Below, piece after piece: positions 42,821 to 57,957 of a DNA stretch of 64,000 nucleotides. The stretch lies in assembly GCF_009914755.1 (NCBI RefSeq), contig NC_060935.1; one strand, given 5' to 3'. Origin of the DNA: the human T2T-CHM13v2.0 reference genome, Homo sapiens. Made by a program: the position numbers and the translations under genes. Below the pieces are notes generated by a model. That model ran no database searches and was not told the origin of the DNA. It saw only the letters and a list, made by a program, of their open reading frames with translations. How positions within the stretch are numbered: position 1 is the first letter of the stretch; the number at the start of each line of letters is the position of its first letter.

Positions 42821-45800
42821 TTTAGTAAGTTGATAACTACACGCTGTGGCCTTGAGGAACAGCTTGGTCCAAGCATAGGATTCAGAATTTGATTGCTACT
42901 AACACAGATTCACTCATTGACTTGGGGCAAACTAATGAAGTCTCCCAGGACACTGATTTTCACTCCACAAAATGGGATTTGGTGACTAATCAAGAGGAAA
43001 AGTCTGCACTTGGTGAATTGAAGTCCAACATAAATGTCCTTACAGCACATAATCACAATTTGTATTACCTTTATTTTTTACATAGAGTAAAATACATAAT
43101 CCTCACTAACTCATGGTGAATAAGGCATATTTTAACTCATTAAAACTCTTCTCTGACCTTGGAAAAAGATGCTTAAATGAGTTTTATGTTTCAATGAAAA
43201 AAGTGGCACTTGTTCAAGTCTACTGCAAAAACTTTAGCACTTTAGCAAACTCAATTCAGGTTCATGGCTAAAGTTACACATTCTAATCTTATTGTCCCAT
43301 GCTGCTCTTGAAGCAAACAGAAGACAGCCATGTTATGCATTGACAACAGGCACCAATTATATATACATGATAAACTGACATCAGGCTTCTTTGTGAAAAT
43401 AACTTCCTATTTATATAAAGTATTATATAGTGATACTTAACTCCAAAACTCTTATTTCTCTTTAAGGCTAAAAACTCCTATGTTGTTGACGATTGGTAAT
43501 GACTTCTGGATAACAGAGCCAGTTCTGCCAAGAGCACAAGAGGATAGTTCATTTGTCCTAAACTTAATTCTCAGGGCTGCCCAAGCAGCAGCAAGGCTGA
43601 GGCTGGAAAAATGACTCACAACACGGGAAAAACACACTCAAGAAAATTATGTGCCAGTAGCTAACAAACTAAAAATAATGGGATTGTATGTACTTTAAAA
43701 AAATTCTGAAGAAACTCAAATAACTAATACTTTATTATAATCGATCACCTGTTTTGACTGAATTAATGCTTTTGAGTCTTTCTTCTCTCCTTCCTTCACC
43801 ATAAATAGCTTTTGATAGACATTTTTAATCATTTCATATTATAGTCCTCATTTACCATCTTTGCCTGATTTTATGCCTACTTACAGCCCAAAGACATGTA
43901 GAAATGATTTGGAGATTCTACAATCAATACACTTGCTCTGTACAGAGCCCAGCACAGGGCATGCAGGGAAAGAAATATAAAAGACTCCGTCCCTGCTCTC
44001 AAAGAGGATTATCCATCATGCTATGATCTCTTCTGCCCCATGCATTAGACAATGTGATTTGTATAAAGCTACATGAAAGCAAATACACAAACGTTAAGAA
44101 TGTAAGCATAAGCTTACAAGTATCTCTGACACAAATTTCTCTATTTTTCTGCCTAGTAATCTACATTCTCATCTTTCCTAATGTAAGAATGAGAAAACAA
44201 TATTCTGTACACGTATTTGAATTAGCTTTTTTATTGTCTTCAAATGCAGTATCTTAATTATACAGTAACAGGTGCTGAATTTATAGTACAACTATAGTAG
44301 ATTTTGCATTCTTACATTACATAGCTGTGATACATACCTTGTTATAGCAGTCAGAGCCAGCCATCTAAACTTAAAAAAAGGTGGACACAAAAGAATCCTA
44401 ACAAATTATATACAACTCACAAGTAGGGGATAGCACACCCCAGCTCTTTATCCTGACCTACTACTACCAAGTCAGAAAAGCTCTTATTTGAATGTATATG
44501 AAGAACAACAAAACAAAGCAGAACAATATACACCAACAACACAAGAACATATGCACGCGAGTACACACAAGTGCCCAGCAAATTTTACATCATTCTTTAA
44601 AAATTAGAGTTTCTAGTTGAGTGAACCACTGGATAATTTGAATCTGCTAACTTCTTTACACTGGGCATCTGTATTATGCTGTCTTCTGCCCCAATGAACT
44701 AACACATAAAAGAATCATCTTAACTGTCATGATTGTTAATGCTTTATTACACAAATCTAATATAATCAACTCATGATTTAGACTCAATGAATTTAAAATG
44801 TTTGATATGACCAAGAATTAAACTAAAGCTTAACTTTGTAACAAAAATGAAGTATTTGTAATCAAAACTGCAGAAAACAAACTTAACCTACTGAAAGACT
44901 TTGAAAGAGTCAATTGCGTGCAAATAGGAGTTTCTAATTATAAATAAATCTTAACTAATTGACTCTAACAGGACCTCTATTAGGAAGAATTTGTTAGCAA
45001 GGAATTTGAGGAGTAAACAATCTAACCACTGAGAAAGGACTTAAAGGAATTTCATTGAATTTATTTTTAGCACCATTCAGGTATTTCACTGGAATCTTGG
45101 CCCAATTACTCTGAGCACACAACCTAAAATGCAGTTTTAGTACTGAAAAAAAATGGCATAAGTAAATAATTAAGTAAATAATTTTTATAGTAGCCTTAAC
45201 CCATATTTAAGTGTTTGACAATGGATACTAAGCAAATCAGAAGGTGCAAAGATCATCTGTAGACAATGTGGTGTCAGCATAACCTAATGCTTTATCAGGG
45301 GTGTCAAATATGCAGCTCAGCTCCTGTGAGGATATTTTCCTTCCCATGCCCAGGAGAGAGATCATTAATCTAATGTGTCACTCTCGTCAAGCTCAGACCA
45401 TAGCCTTGAATCTTTCTATAGACATCCCTTTAGATATTGAAGAACAAATGTATAGAGTTAACACAAAAGGCAAACCTTAATTGTTATCCCAGCCTTAAAC
45501 AATTAAAACCCCTTCTGAATCACTGATACATTTTCACATAGAAAGTCAGTTAAGTCTTTGTCCTCGGCTGAGGACATGAATGTTGAGATAGGGAAGGGGT
45601 TAAATGAGGTCTAACTAAGCATTCCACATGTGTATTTCCCATTCAATATTATTGCTTACAGAACAGAGATCTAAACTCCCCTACCAAGGACCTCTCAAAA
45701 GGCCATGGGATATTTTGGACACATAGCAAGTGTCAAAGCATATAGGTATTTGCTATTTTATTCTGAAAATATGTTTGTGTATCTCTCATAGCCAGGAAAA

Positions 45801-45984
45801 AGTATACAATGAAAAATAAACAGATTATTAGTAATATACAAGTAGATCATCTGGCTTGTATAACTACTTACTCAGCTCCAACTTCCAGTGCCCTAAGGTG
45901 AAGCCTCTCTAAACACCTTACCTCCAGGCCAGGTGGCAGAGGTTATCTTTAACACTTTTCACCTAGGAAAGCACTTAAATACAT

Positions 45985-46158
45985 CTGGAGCCTTACTGCT
46001 CGAAGACTGCTAAAACACCAGTAGCATCAGTATCACCTGGGAACACGTTAGAAATGCAAAATCACTGCCCCCATGGAGACCAACTGAAGTAAATTCCGCA
46101 TATTAACAAGATACCCAGCAAATGTACAGGCATATTAAAGTTTTAGAAGCATTAACTA
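45985..46158. mobile_element. MER5A-like hAT fossil
   Basis: 'agcatcagtatcacctggga...ttagaaatgcaaa...taacaagat...ttaaagttttagaagca'. Confidence 0.7.
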
Positions 46159-46516
46159 TACTCTTAGAAGCCCAGATCCAAGAGCTATTTCATAGAATTT
46201 CAAAAAAAATTCAAGAATGCTTATTTCTAATCCTGTAAATATCATTGACCAAATTCTATGAAACAAAAATCCAATAAGATACTCTGCCAAAAAATAAAAG
46301 GAGGAGGGGTTACATTTAAAAATGTGAGAAAGTCCACACATCATCCTCATGGAAATTCACTACACACATTAGCAGATTGTAGGCTCTGAGAAGTACCACA
46401 AAGAAACTAGTTTTACTGTTTAACTCAAAAATTCAAAAACAGTTCCTTTTTCAACTACTATTAACTGCCTATAGAGATCCTCTGAGAAAACTGCTACAGA
46501 TTATAATTCCCTGTAG

Positions 46517-46518
<2 letters not shown>

Positions 46519-46556
<38 letters not shown>

Positions 46557-46614
46557 CACACATATATATATATGCAACACAGGAAATATATATATACGCA
46601 CACATATATATATG
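46519..46614. repeat. (TA)n/(CA)n compound microsatellite
   Basis: Read directly. Confidence 0.9.
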
Positions 46615-47033
46615 TGCAGCACACAGAAACTTGTACTACCTCATCCATGGGATCCATATTATAAGACAGAATTACAGTGAAGTCCTTTTGCTATATCTGG
46701 TTAAAACTAAAAAAGTAAAAGAAAAATGAAAATCTTGGTTAGGGCTCCAGAATTACCTGTATCAAAGTGAATTTTTGGTACATTAGATGGCATTCACAAG
46801 GCTCCTGTATATTTGCCTAGAGTCAAAGTACAAACAGGGACCTAGAGTTTGAAACTGACTCATTTTAATATAGCAGCACATCCTAAAAAAGATTTTAATG
46901 CCTTCAGCTCATGCTTTAGAGTTAGAAGTTCTTGGAGTTATTGTATTGCTCAAGATGATTCGCAAATACTGAGAACAGAATTCTGCCCTCACTTGTGACT
47001 ATTTTATATCATTCACAATAAGAACATAATTGC

Positions 47034-47401
47034 TGTATTAGTCTGTTTCACACTGCTATAAAGATACTACCTGAGACTGGGTAATTTATAAACAAAAGAG
47101 GTTTCATTGACTCACACTTCTACATGGCTGGGGAGGCCCCAGGAAACTTACAATCATGGTGGAAGGCAAAGGGGAAGCAGGCACCTCCTTCACAAGGCAA
47201 CAAGCAAGAGTACATGCACGCAGGAGAAACTGCCATTTTTAAAACCATCAGATCTCGTGAGAACTCCCTCACTATCACGAGAACAGCATGGGGAAACTGT
47301 CCCCGTGATCCAATCACCTCTTACCAGGACCCTCCCTCACCATGTGGGGATTATAATTCAAGATTGGATTTGGGTGGGGACACAGAGCCAACTCATAATC
47401 A
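47034..47401 (-). mobile_element. MSTA-like MaLR solo LTR
   Basis: tgtattagtctgtttcacactgctataaag...ggggacacagagccaa; TSD attgc/attac. Confidence 0.88.
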
Positions 47402-48446
47402 ATTACTCCCTGAAAACTGCAATAAATAAATAAGTCAAGTACAGGGTATGATCCAACACTCATCTGGACTAACCATCCCATAACACCCACATTCATATAT
47501 TTAAAGAAAGCAGATAGAACTTAAATAGGGTAAAGCCACAGCGGAATGAGAAACTGGGTTGACAACAGGATGAAAAAAACATTCCAGGTCCTTATACTCC
47601 CCAACAAATCATCCCACCCCAACACATGTCAAAACTTGGTTAGATGGATTCATATATATTCTTATCAAATTCCCAGTTTCCATCTCTTCCAAAAGACATA
47701 TTGAGTAGGTTCTAAAATTTCACAAAGCTTCAATAGTTTGTAGACTTTTACTTTTATCTTCTAGACATTTAGCCTAAAGCAAAACTTCAACCTGTTGTTA
47801 AGAGTAGCCAGGGCCCCCAGGGGAATCCTGTATCTTTGACCCACGCATCACTCATCTGCCCACTCACAGATGAGCAACACCTGATCATAGGAGCATGCGT
47901 AAACTCTTTTTCTCTTCCCACAAACCTCTATTTGTTGAAGTCCAAATGCAGAGACAGAAACAAAATAATGACATGGGTTCCTTTCTGGAAAGGCAGATGT
48001 TTCCTCTCTTAATCTTCATCACCAAGATCTTGCAAACAGTGAGTTAATGGTAGAGGATCTCTTTAATGAGAATTCCCAGCCAAGAATGGAGGACCAAGCC
48101 ATGTCCGCATACAATTGCTATATCCCAAACCAAAAATAGAGGCCCTGGGAATGTTTTATTATGAGCCAGGAAGAAAAAAAAGTACAATCACATTGCCGAA
48201 GTTTCCCCCAAATATAAACACATCCTCTTACATCATTCAGAGCTATTAATAACTATTAATTAAGAGCTATAAATAACTATTAAGAACCCATAATACTTTA
48301 TACTCTAATCAGATTTACCCATCTTGGTACCAAACAGTCAGTGCTGAAATCTAAAAGATACTAATTTTTTTAAATTTAAATCCCAAAGAGGAGAAATGAT
48401 CTATTTATTAGTAATAGAGCTACAATTAAGTAGCTTTAAGTTATAT

Positions 48447-48572
48447 TTATACACACATATACTTATATATGTATGCATATACACATACACACATATACAT
48501 ATATATGTATGCATATACACATACACATACACACATACGTATATATGTATGCATACACACACACACATACAC
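48447..48572. repeat. (TACA)/(CA)-type low-complexity repeat
   Basis: Read directly. Confidence 0.9.
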
Positions 48573-50892
48573 ATTAGATATATTAGGCCCCAAAATTGTG
48601 TCCTATGTCAAACAATATATTCCAAGCTTTGATTCAGAAAACTTGGCCAGTCTAACATTAGCAAAAGTGCGGGTATGTGAAATACATAGAATTTGGTAAA
48701 GGTTGTATGTTTTTTAAAGTAAGTAAGAGGAAAATGTCAATTTGAGACTCTCAACTAGTTCAAGCTGTAAGTCACTAGAAGACAGCGGCTCCAAATAGCT
48801 GCTCGGTAGCCTGTGCAAAATGAGTCAATTTTCTAAATTAGGTCTGCCGAGGCCAATGGAGGTCATACTGTGATTAAAATGGGCTGTGATGCCTAGTCAC
48901 ACAGGTGGAGCCAGCTGTGTGGGCAACTGTCAGGGGCAGGATTTCCAGCACCACACAATCCAAAAGAAAATAAAAAATAGACAATAGCTTATTTTCTCAG
49001 AAAATCTTGATTCCATGGGCCATGAATAATTCCCATCAAAAGCATACCCCAAAACTAGCCCTAAATCTCTGCAAACCACCCACATGAGATTAATTGGATC
49101 CATCTCACGACCAGAAGTTATTTTGGGGGAAATATTACTTACCTCTGAAAACATAAATAAAATTATTGTATTTGCATTACATATACCTTTGAGAAGTGTA
49201 AAAAAGCAATAACCCAGAGTGCCCTTGCAGGAAAGGCAATTAATCTTTGATGATACAAAGGCATAGCCAGAAGCTAGATTGAAAGAGACAAAACCAGAAA
49301 ATCCAAGCACTAGGCAATGCACAAGATATGGCATAGAAGGTAATCAAGTGGGGAGATCAACCAGGAAACAGGCGCATAAATCACAGGTCCTATATCTCTA
49401 CAAGTCTAGATCCTTTTCCTTTTTTAATGGCCAGCTAAAATGCCATGAAGATGCTCTAAGGGGCTTTCTCTGATCCCTATAACATAGTTCATCTCTGAAC
49501 TCCAACAGCTCCTTGTTTGGATGGCTCTTGTTCCACTCATCACCTTCACCCTGTACTACAGTTATTTATAGACATCTCATCTTTCCTGCTAGACAGTGAG
49601 ATCTCTGAACCAGGAAACTAACAATTAGGAAGCACCTGCTCTGTCCACACATTGTATTTCATATTTGCACAGATAATACCTCAATGTAATCCTTATAACA
49701 CCCTTGTGAGGTGTGTCTCATTTTTCTACTTTTGAAGGCAAGGAAACAAAATCAAAGGGGTTAAGTATTTGCCACAGTCTCACTATTACTACGGGCTAAA
49801 AAGGAGATAAGAATTAAAGTTGAATCTGAAGTTGATAGCTTTCCTACTACAAAAGGTTGTGTCTCATTCATTTTGGTATCCCCAGTGTGGTTCTTTGAAC
49901 ATAGACTGTGCTCAATAAAAATGTGCTTATTGGGTTAGGTAATTCACAAATGTTTTGTGAATACAAATGACAAGATCATTTGTCTATGTTTCAGATCACC
50001 TGAAAGGCACCCCAGAAAATAAAGCAGCATCAAAGTGACCAAATATATCCTCTATAGACTGTACAAATTCAAACTGCCAAAAGAGTAAAAAAGAAAAAGG
50101 AAATAGAGGCAGTGAGCCAGTTTCTAACTTATCCTTGGGTGAGCTCCATAAAAACCACATATATTTGTACATAAGAACATGCTGTTCTAATTGACTATAG
50201 CATCCTGATACACTACACAGATGAAACGTAGGAAATCAAATGGTACCAGAAGTTTTCTCAAAAGCCCATTAAATAGTCTCTCAAAATAAGCAAGGCACAA
50301 GTCTAATCATGCTTTCTGTTCACAAAAATCAATTGTTTACCATTTTTAGTATGAGTGTCTCTTACTTGGGACCTGAATGAGAATTATTCACAAGGATTAT
50401 ATTTTCCCTTCTGAAGAGGAAGAATTCTGGGCTGCACAATTTCAACTGGAGCCACAGTTATAAATTTTATAGGTTTCTTGGGGAAGCCCTAAGGTACTTT
50501 TCCCTTTTTAAAAATGTCACTGAACTAATTTTGAAGTATCCAGCTCTTCTGTTAAGTGTGTCAAAATTGAAGTCCGAGAGGGTAGATTGTCACATTTCAA
50601 AGTGGCCTCAAATTAAGTTTTCAAATACTATTTGGAATTTTATAATGTAGACTCTTAATAAAAACTGATTAATTAGCCAGTGGGCATAGTTTAAGGAAAT
50701 GCTGCATAAAGACAATGGAAAAGTCATTTGATTTGGGATCTAAGACCTGGGTTTTAGTCCTAGGTGGTATAATCTTTCTCCATTGTTTTAGTTTTTTTTT
50801 TAATCCCCCAAAGGCATGATCCAAAATATTTCTTAGATCTAAAGTTCTATCATTCCATCCAACATGTAATGGTCATGATTTTCACCGGATCT

Positions 50893-51336
50893 TGCATCAG
50901 ACATAATAATGGACCTCAAAGATGTTCATGTCCTAATTCCCAGGACATGTGAGAGGAACTTTGCAGATGTGATTAAGTTAAGGATCTTGAGAAGGGGGGA
51001 TTATCCTGGATTATCCAGATGGGCCTAATGCAATCACAAGGGTCCTTACAACAGGAGGGTCACAGTCAGAAAAGGAGATGTGAAGCACAGGTTGGAGATA
51101 TGTGGCTGCTGGCTTTGAAGATGGAAGAAGGCCAGGAGCCCAGGAAGGTAGTCTGCCCCTAGAAGCTAGAAAAGGCAAAAGACAAGATTCTCCCCTAGAG
51201 CCTCCAGAAGGAATAGCCCTGCTGACACCTTGATTTTAGGGTTTATGACCTCCAGAACTGTAAGGTAATAAAATTGTGTTGTTTCAAGCCACTAAATTTG
51301 TGGTAATTTTTAGAAGTAGCAACAGGAAACTAATTC
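50893..51336 (+). mobile_element. MLT1D-like MaLR LTR
   Basis: 'actttgcagatgtgattaagttaaggatcttgag', 'gattctcccctagagcctccagaagga', 'agcaacaggaaactaat'. Confidence 0.85.
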
Positions 51337-52610
51337 CTGAATATGTTTCAATGTGGCTTATATACAGATTAATCACAAAAAGAAAAATCTGGAAAGATTC
51401 TGTTATCGTTCTTCTATTTGTCAATTTGATACATTGAAAGGTAAACATTTTCTGTTGCTAATGATTATGGGGAATGGTGAGTAATACTTCAATTATTCAA
51501 TCTGACATAATCATGAGACATTCATGTAAAAGCAAAGTGGAGTAATGAGAATAATAATCATGATCATGACCAAACACTGAGCACTTACTATGTGCCAGGT
51601 ACCATTGTAGGCACTTAACATGTGTTATCGTATTTGTGGCTTGCTCTGATTTCATTGATTGTCTGTCCCTGCCTTCTCACCTGCTCCACAAAAGCAGCCT
51701 TCAACACCAGCAGATAGAAACCATGGAGTAGGAAGGCAAGGTAAGATTAGTCAGGACTAGATAATGTTCTTCAAAAAAAAAACAAAAAAAAAACAAAAAA
51801 AAACCACTGAGGTTATTTTTCTTCTACAGTACTTCAGGGAGAATACCCAAGTTACAACCATAAAATATGAGACAGCCCTCTTATTGGACTCACTTTAGAC
51901 AAGTCAGACACTAGTCTACAATGCAGCTGATAATTACTCTTCCATTTGAGACCCAAACACACAAATACTTTGTATGAAAGCCATGCTTTATAAGCCAAAA
52001 ACAGAAATGTAGACATAAATTCCTAATATATCTGCTTACCTGGGGATTCCTGTGAGAAGGATTATATTATTACTTAACTGGGGTCCATTCTATCATAGTT
52101 TTGAGAAAGGGAGAACACAGCAATGAGCTAGGTGCTTTCTCACTTAATTCAATTACCTAAAAGAGCAAAATGCCGTAAGTGGAATTCCATTATTGTTAAG
52201 ATGATCAATTACTAACTTTCTGCAAGGCTATTCTTTACAAGAGGTAGATGCCGGAAAACAACCAAAACCCACTATGAGCAGCAAAATTGTCAGTTCATGA
52301 AAATACCACATTAGTGATAACATGAAAAAATCATAAAGACCAGCAAAGATAGACACAACCCAATTGTAAACACTAATATCTGAATTTAGAATCATCTGCA
52401 AACAAAATATATCATCATTTGTCACAATGTCCCTGCTTTTGCTCTATTCTAATTCATTGCTCCCCAGCATCTTTATGAATATGGGCTATAAAATACTTTT
52501 TTCCAGTAGGAAACATTATTCCAAAGACAAATGACAAAACATAATTAACACTATTTAAGAAATACTAAAACAACAATTCTAAACACATATTTCCAATAAT
52601 ATTTTTTAAA

Positions 52611-52662
52611 ATAAGATCATAATTTGTGTGTTTTCCATAAGATCAAAATTTGTGTGTTTTCC
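52611..52662. repeat. 26-bp tandem duplication
   Basis: ataagatcaWaatttgtgtgttttcc twice. Confidence 0.93.
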
Positions 52663-53628
52663 CCTAAAGAGAAGGCCTCCTAAAGCAATGCAATTGGTCT
52701 AGCTGACTAAATTAGTTTTCTTTCCCCCACGCCCCCATGAGTTTTCCAGAAGGGTCTGGTATAAAAGGCATGCCAAGTAACGATGAAATTTAGATTCCCA
52801 TGGCACTGGGTATGTACTCTCATTAGTGTGTTTCACAATGTACCATCATTATTTGTTCCCACGTCTGTCTCCCTTGAAAGACTCAAGGGTAGGAATGAGT
52901 GTCTTCTTGATTTGTGTTCATCTTCACAATACAGAATATTTGTTGACTCTAAAGGAGTGGTATGGGTACTCACTGAGTTTTCTGAATGATAAATTAATAA
53001 ATTGATTCCAAAGACCTAAATGTTACCCAAATCAAGAAAATGTATCAGCAATTTCACTGGCACAGTAAAATGTTCTATATATACAGTACAGGCTCAGTAA
53101 ATATTGGTTAAAGACCTAATTAAGAAATGATTATACCATATATTAGTGGTGTTTTGAATTTTAAAATAAGTGACACATATCAAATTACAATCACTTTACA
53201 AAACCCATAACTGTCCATTAGCCCATCTGATGTATTTTCTCCCTAATGGAAGACTCATTGCTAATATGGTATAAATCAAATAATAAATGGCAATTTTCTG
53301 TTACTAATGCTCAAAATCAACCCACCACAGCCTATCAATACCTCTACTCAATACCTCTCCCACTGCTCATTCACTCACCCACTTAAGCCAACTTGTTCAC
53401 CAGGGGCCCAGTCTGTATTTAGAAGCACAAGAAGAACCACCTAATTGTTATGTCATCATGACTAAGCCACAGTATGCTGTGATTAGTTTAGCATGAGAAG
53501 GAATGAGATAGAATCCCAGGAGTCTCATACAGTCAGTGCAGTCAAAGCATCTATGAGTAGGAGGAAGGAAATGCTATTGGGGTAGAAGAGGAAGGTGCTT
53601 TCAGAGGCTTAATTAGTTATTTAGAGAG

Positions 53629-53714
53629 GTGTGTAGTGTGTGTGTGTGCGTGCAGAATATATATATGTGTGTACATATATATACACACACATATGTTTGT
53701 GTGTATATATATAT
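53629..53714. repeat. (TG)n/(TA)n microsatellite
   Basis: Read directly. Confidence 0.85.
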
Positions 53715-54879
53715 ACCATCTTTACACTGATGGAGTGGTCAAGTAGTTTAGCAAAACATTTTAAGGAGATGCATTTGGAATTCTTTTAGGAAACCAAACT
53801 AAATGATGCTACAAAGCTTAAGGCAGCTTCTAAAACAGAAATCCCACTGGGACCAGTTCTAGGAACCTTGCCAGGGTATAGGATACAGAAGTTGCTTCAG
53901 CAATATCATTGAGATTTCTGTGTTAGGAAAGCAAAATTTCATAAGCAAGATAGTCAAAGCAGAGCTGAAAAAAGAATTTCTTTTCTAGTGGCCAATCCTT
54001 CCCTGGAGGATCTTTATGACTAGAGGAAGAAAAAAGAGAAAAATGCAAATGCAGATGGAAAATGAAGGAGGAAGAAAACTGGAGAGAAAGAAGAGAAGAC
54101 AGAAAGGAAAATGGCCCCAGAGAAATTAAAAATGTGAATGTACTTAGACAGTAATATTAGATTTAGGAGGTTAAGTCTGAAGATTTAAAAGAAAGATTTA
54201 AAAGAACAACTCCCTAAACTCGCATTGCTTTTAACTTCAGTAGCAATGCTATGGTTGACAGGGATAAAACTGGTCTTCTTAAATCTGCCTCAGTGAAAAG
54301 GCTGCTGCTCTCCTGGTGAATGCAACTTCCAGCTCAAATGGTTGTCACCTTGGGAACATTAAGAAAAGTCTCAAAAAGCTTAAATTTTGAATTAGGAATA
54401 TAAAAAACCTTTCATTTCATTTACCAACTTTTGTAACTGAAATCTCCCTACTTGTCATGTACTGTTTCTTTGAACCAAGGAAGTGCTATGTTGAAGGGCT
54501 GCTGATCTACTTAGATGTCAGCATACATTTCTACAGGAATCCTCATCATTGCTGCCATCAAAGTGGCAAAATGGGCCAGAGATAAAAAAGTTTTCTTTGG
54601 AAGAAAAGATCATACATTCTTGATTAGAAGCTATTTTCTTTGGGACAAAAAATCAAGAACTAATTTTTTTAATCATAAATAATTCCACTTAAATATACAA
54701 GCCTTATATAAACTCTTAGTAATATATTGGTTCTCTAGTAGTGCATAATGAAACTATATATCAATGTAGTGAAGTAAATGACAAAATATAAATAAAACTA
54801 GGCTTAAGGACATAAAACTATTAGCAAGTGGTACTAGAGAGCAAGATTTGGTGGAAAAAAAACCATGCGAAGACAGAAT

Positions 54880-55285
54880 GGACTTGTCCTCCAAAAGGTA
54901 AATGGATAAACAAAATGTGGTATATCTATGCAATGTAAAGAAACCAACTCTTGATACACACAACTACATGGATGGGTCAAAAACATTATGCCAAGTAGCC
55001 AGGAACAAAAAAAATCTATAGCACATGTATCTATTTATACATAATTGTAGAAATTGCAAACTATTTTAAAGTGACAAAATGAAGATTTCATTGATTGCTA
55101 GAGCCAGAGATCTGAGAGCCAGGGAGGAATAGACTGTGAAGAAAACTTTGGATATGACAGAATTCTGTATGTTGATTGTAGTGGTAACTTCATGGGTGTA
55201 TACATATGTCAAAATTCATTGAATTGTACACTTTAAATGGATATTGTTTATTGTACTTATACTTCAGTAAAGATGATTTTAAAAG
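54880..55285 (+). mobile_element. L1ME-type 3' end
   Basis: 'aatggataaacaaaatgtggtatat...gtcaaaattcattgaattgtacactttaaatgg...cttcagtaaag'. Confidence 0.8.
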
Positions 55286-57557
55286 AAGAAATAATTTTTA
55301 AAAAATGGTTTGTATCTGATCTTGACATATTTTCCAAGAAAAATTAGTAGGCTATTTAAGAAACATAAACATAATAGAATTAATAGGTTGAATTTGCAAG
55401 GTGTGGCCTGTATTTCTAGAGCTTCAACTGTCATTTCTACTACTTCACACCCATTGGGAAAGTGGGAGGATCAAGTATCACTGATCCCTACTGTCAGAAG
55501 GGAGGAGACCAAGGCACAGAAGACCTCATAATCAGGACGACTGGTGCAGATGAGTGCACTATAAGCAATAAGTGGTCCAAGAAAACAATTTCTTGATCCC
55601 CTTTTACTTTTAGAATGTGATTATTCACATTTTACAGTGAGATAAAGAGATATAACTAAAGGTCCCATCAACATGGTAAAGGACACAGAAGAGAAGTCTA
55701 AGTCTGGCCAATTGTTTTATTTTTGACAAATACTTCATATTGCAAAATCTTCTAGATCCTTCAATTATCATCCCCATCACTTCTCTTTCCTGGATATTTT
55801 TCCTCTGACTACTATTAGCTACCACATCGTTGGGCAAAGAACATACAAGAAGTGGCCTATAAGTATGCCATTTGTTTCTTTATGAAAAGCTAAACAAACG
55901 TTCAAGAAGAAAACAGAAGTGAAATTTATGAAGTAACTTTTGACTACTATCTTCTCTCATTAAATAAAAATGTACACTTTTCATTATCTTCCCCTAGGAA
56001 TCCCTGAAAATGGAACACTAAATGAAGCCACTCACACCAAGCGATGAGTATGCGTATTATCTAGTAAACAAGTGTTTAGAAAACATACTTATTCTAACTA
56101 TTATTCAAACTTTATACACAAGCAGAGAACACTAAGAGAATTCTGCTACATTGTATGTATAGAGAGGTGGCTCTGTGAGAAATTTAACTGATGAAAATAT
56201 ACACAGAAAAGGATTTCCTTTGGTTATTAAATAACCCTGACACTACGCAAAGCACTGACTTTGCCACCTAACAGCTATTTGGAAATAAATAGGCAATTCT
56301 CAGGTATGAAATTTAAACATAACAAAAGAAGCATTCAAACACTTTTATCGATAGGAACAAAGAATTTAGACTTTTGAGCCATAGGGAACAAGAAACAATC
56401 ACATATGTGTTGATACAACCACAGCAAAGGAGATAATTAAGCAACGATTATTACGTGACTATGGGTAATGATAAGAAGCTTTCTAAATAAATGGATCTAT
56501 CTGTTCCACCAATTGTTTTCCAGAGCTCCTGAAAAATTACTTAAATAATTTGCTAATATATGATACTATCAAATGCATTTGGAAAAATAACTTTATACCA
56601 TGGGGAGGAGAAAGAACATCATAATTCTCAAGTCATTTCCTCACAGGTACATTAGAAAAAATACCAGCCTTTTTGTCCTCTAAGTACAACACATCTATGA
56701 TGAACATGGCAAGAGAAGTACCAAGTATAACATAACTATTATTAATGTCAGCAATTAGCCAATATGAATGCTCTGGAATAACCTAAAAATTTGTTATAAG
56801 ATTGATACTGCAGTTAATATATATCAAATGGCTTGTAGGGTGTGATATAGCATTATTAGATGTTTCATCGGTAGTATACTAGAACCAGTCTACTGGTCGA
56901 TGAAATTCCTGTGCTCCACAAATGAAAAAATAGATCCAAAGTTGGACACACACTTCCTAATAAAATTCCATGCAAGATAAGCTTTAAATTCACCACAGAA
57001 AGCAATGCTATTGACTCAAAATTCAAGGCCCAAAGAGGTAGTAGAGATGTATTAATGCAAAGACCTGTATTTTTCAAATACTTGTTTTAAACAGCTACTC
57101 AAAAGTACAAAGAATCACAAGCAAATATAACAAAATGATAGAATCATGCTTAATGTGAAATTCTTGTTTACATACAGCCAGTGGAGTGTATAGTTTAGCC
57201 AATAACAATAATGTGCAGGCCCCAGACTAGGAAAGAACACCAAAAGAAACAGTGAATCCTTGATCTCTTGAAACTTATAATTTGTTCAGGAAGGAAAGAA
57301 ATTTAAAAAGAAAAACCTAATCAAGAGAAATAATTTTAAAAAATATTTTATAAAATAATACCTTCACAAACACATATAACCTACAGTCTATAAATGTCCC
57401 AAGATTGATCAGGCATAAGAAAGTTTGAAAAGCAGGCTAAATTAAAATATTTCATCTTCTTCCCATGCATACTTTCCCCATACAAGAATAGCTACATTTA
57501 AACTATTTGTTTTGTGTTAGTTTCTTCATGAGAAGAAAAATGGTCACAAAAAGTTGT

Positions 57558-57957
57558 TGTAAGCTGAAGAAAAATGGCTACAAATATTTCACAGCTTCTC
57601 TCATCAAAAAAATGAAATCTAGTTCTCCACTCCCTGAATCTGGAATTGGCTGTGTAACTTGTTTGGCTAATGGAACATTAACAAACAGGATGTAGACAGG
57701 GGCTTGAAAAGTACTTGCAACATGTTTACCCTCTCTTGCTGCCTTTGGAACCCAGCTGCCCTGGGAAGCAGCCCAAGCTATGTTGTTGGACTCTGGAGAT
57801 AATGGTTTGGTCCCTTCATCAATTTCCAGGCATGTGTTCAAGGCCATCTTGGGAAGAATAGCCAAGAGCAGACCTCCCAGCTGACTGTGGCTATATGCAG
57901 GAACTCTGGTTATATCAGAAGAAGAACCACCCAGCTGAACACAGCCTAAATTGACAC
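57558..57957 (+). mobile_element. MLT1G/F-like MaLR LTR (3' end not evident)
   Basis: 'aaaatggctacaaat', 'ccctgaatctgga...tgtgtaacttgtttggctaatggaa', 'gaaccacccagctgaacacagcctaaattg'. Confidence 0.7.

Noticed and set aside
49135-49165. Minus-strand ttttcagAGgtaagt, resembling a recursive splice site or microexon
   Set aside because: Two extra bases separate CAG from GT, and no host transcript is established.
52033-52050. 'cttacctgg' resembling the U1 snRNA 5' end
   Set aside because: The match does not extend beyond ~9 nt.
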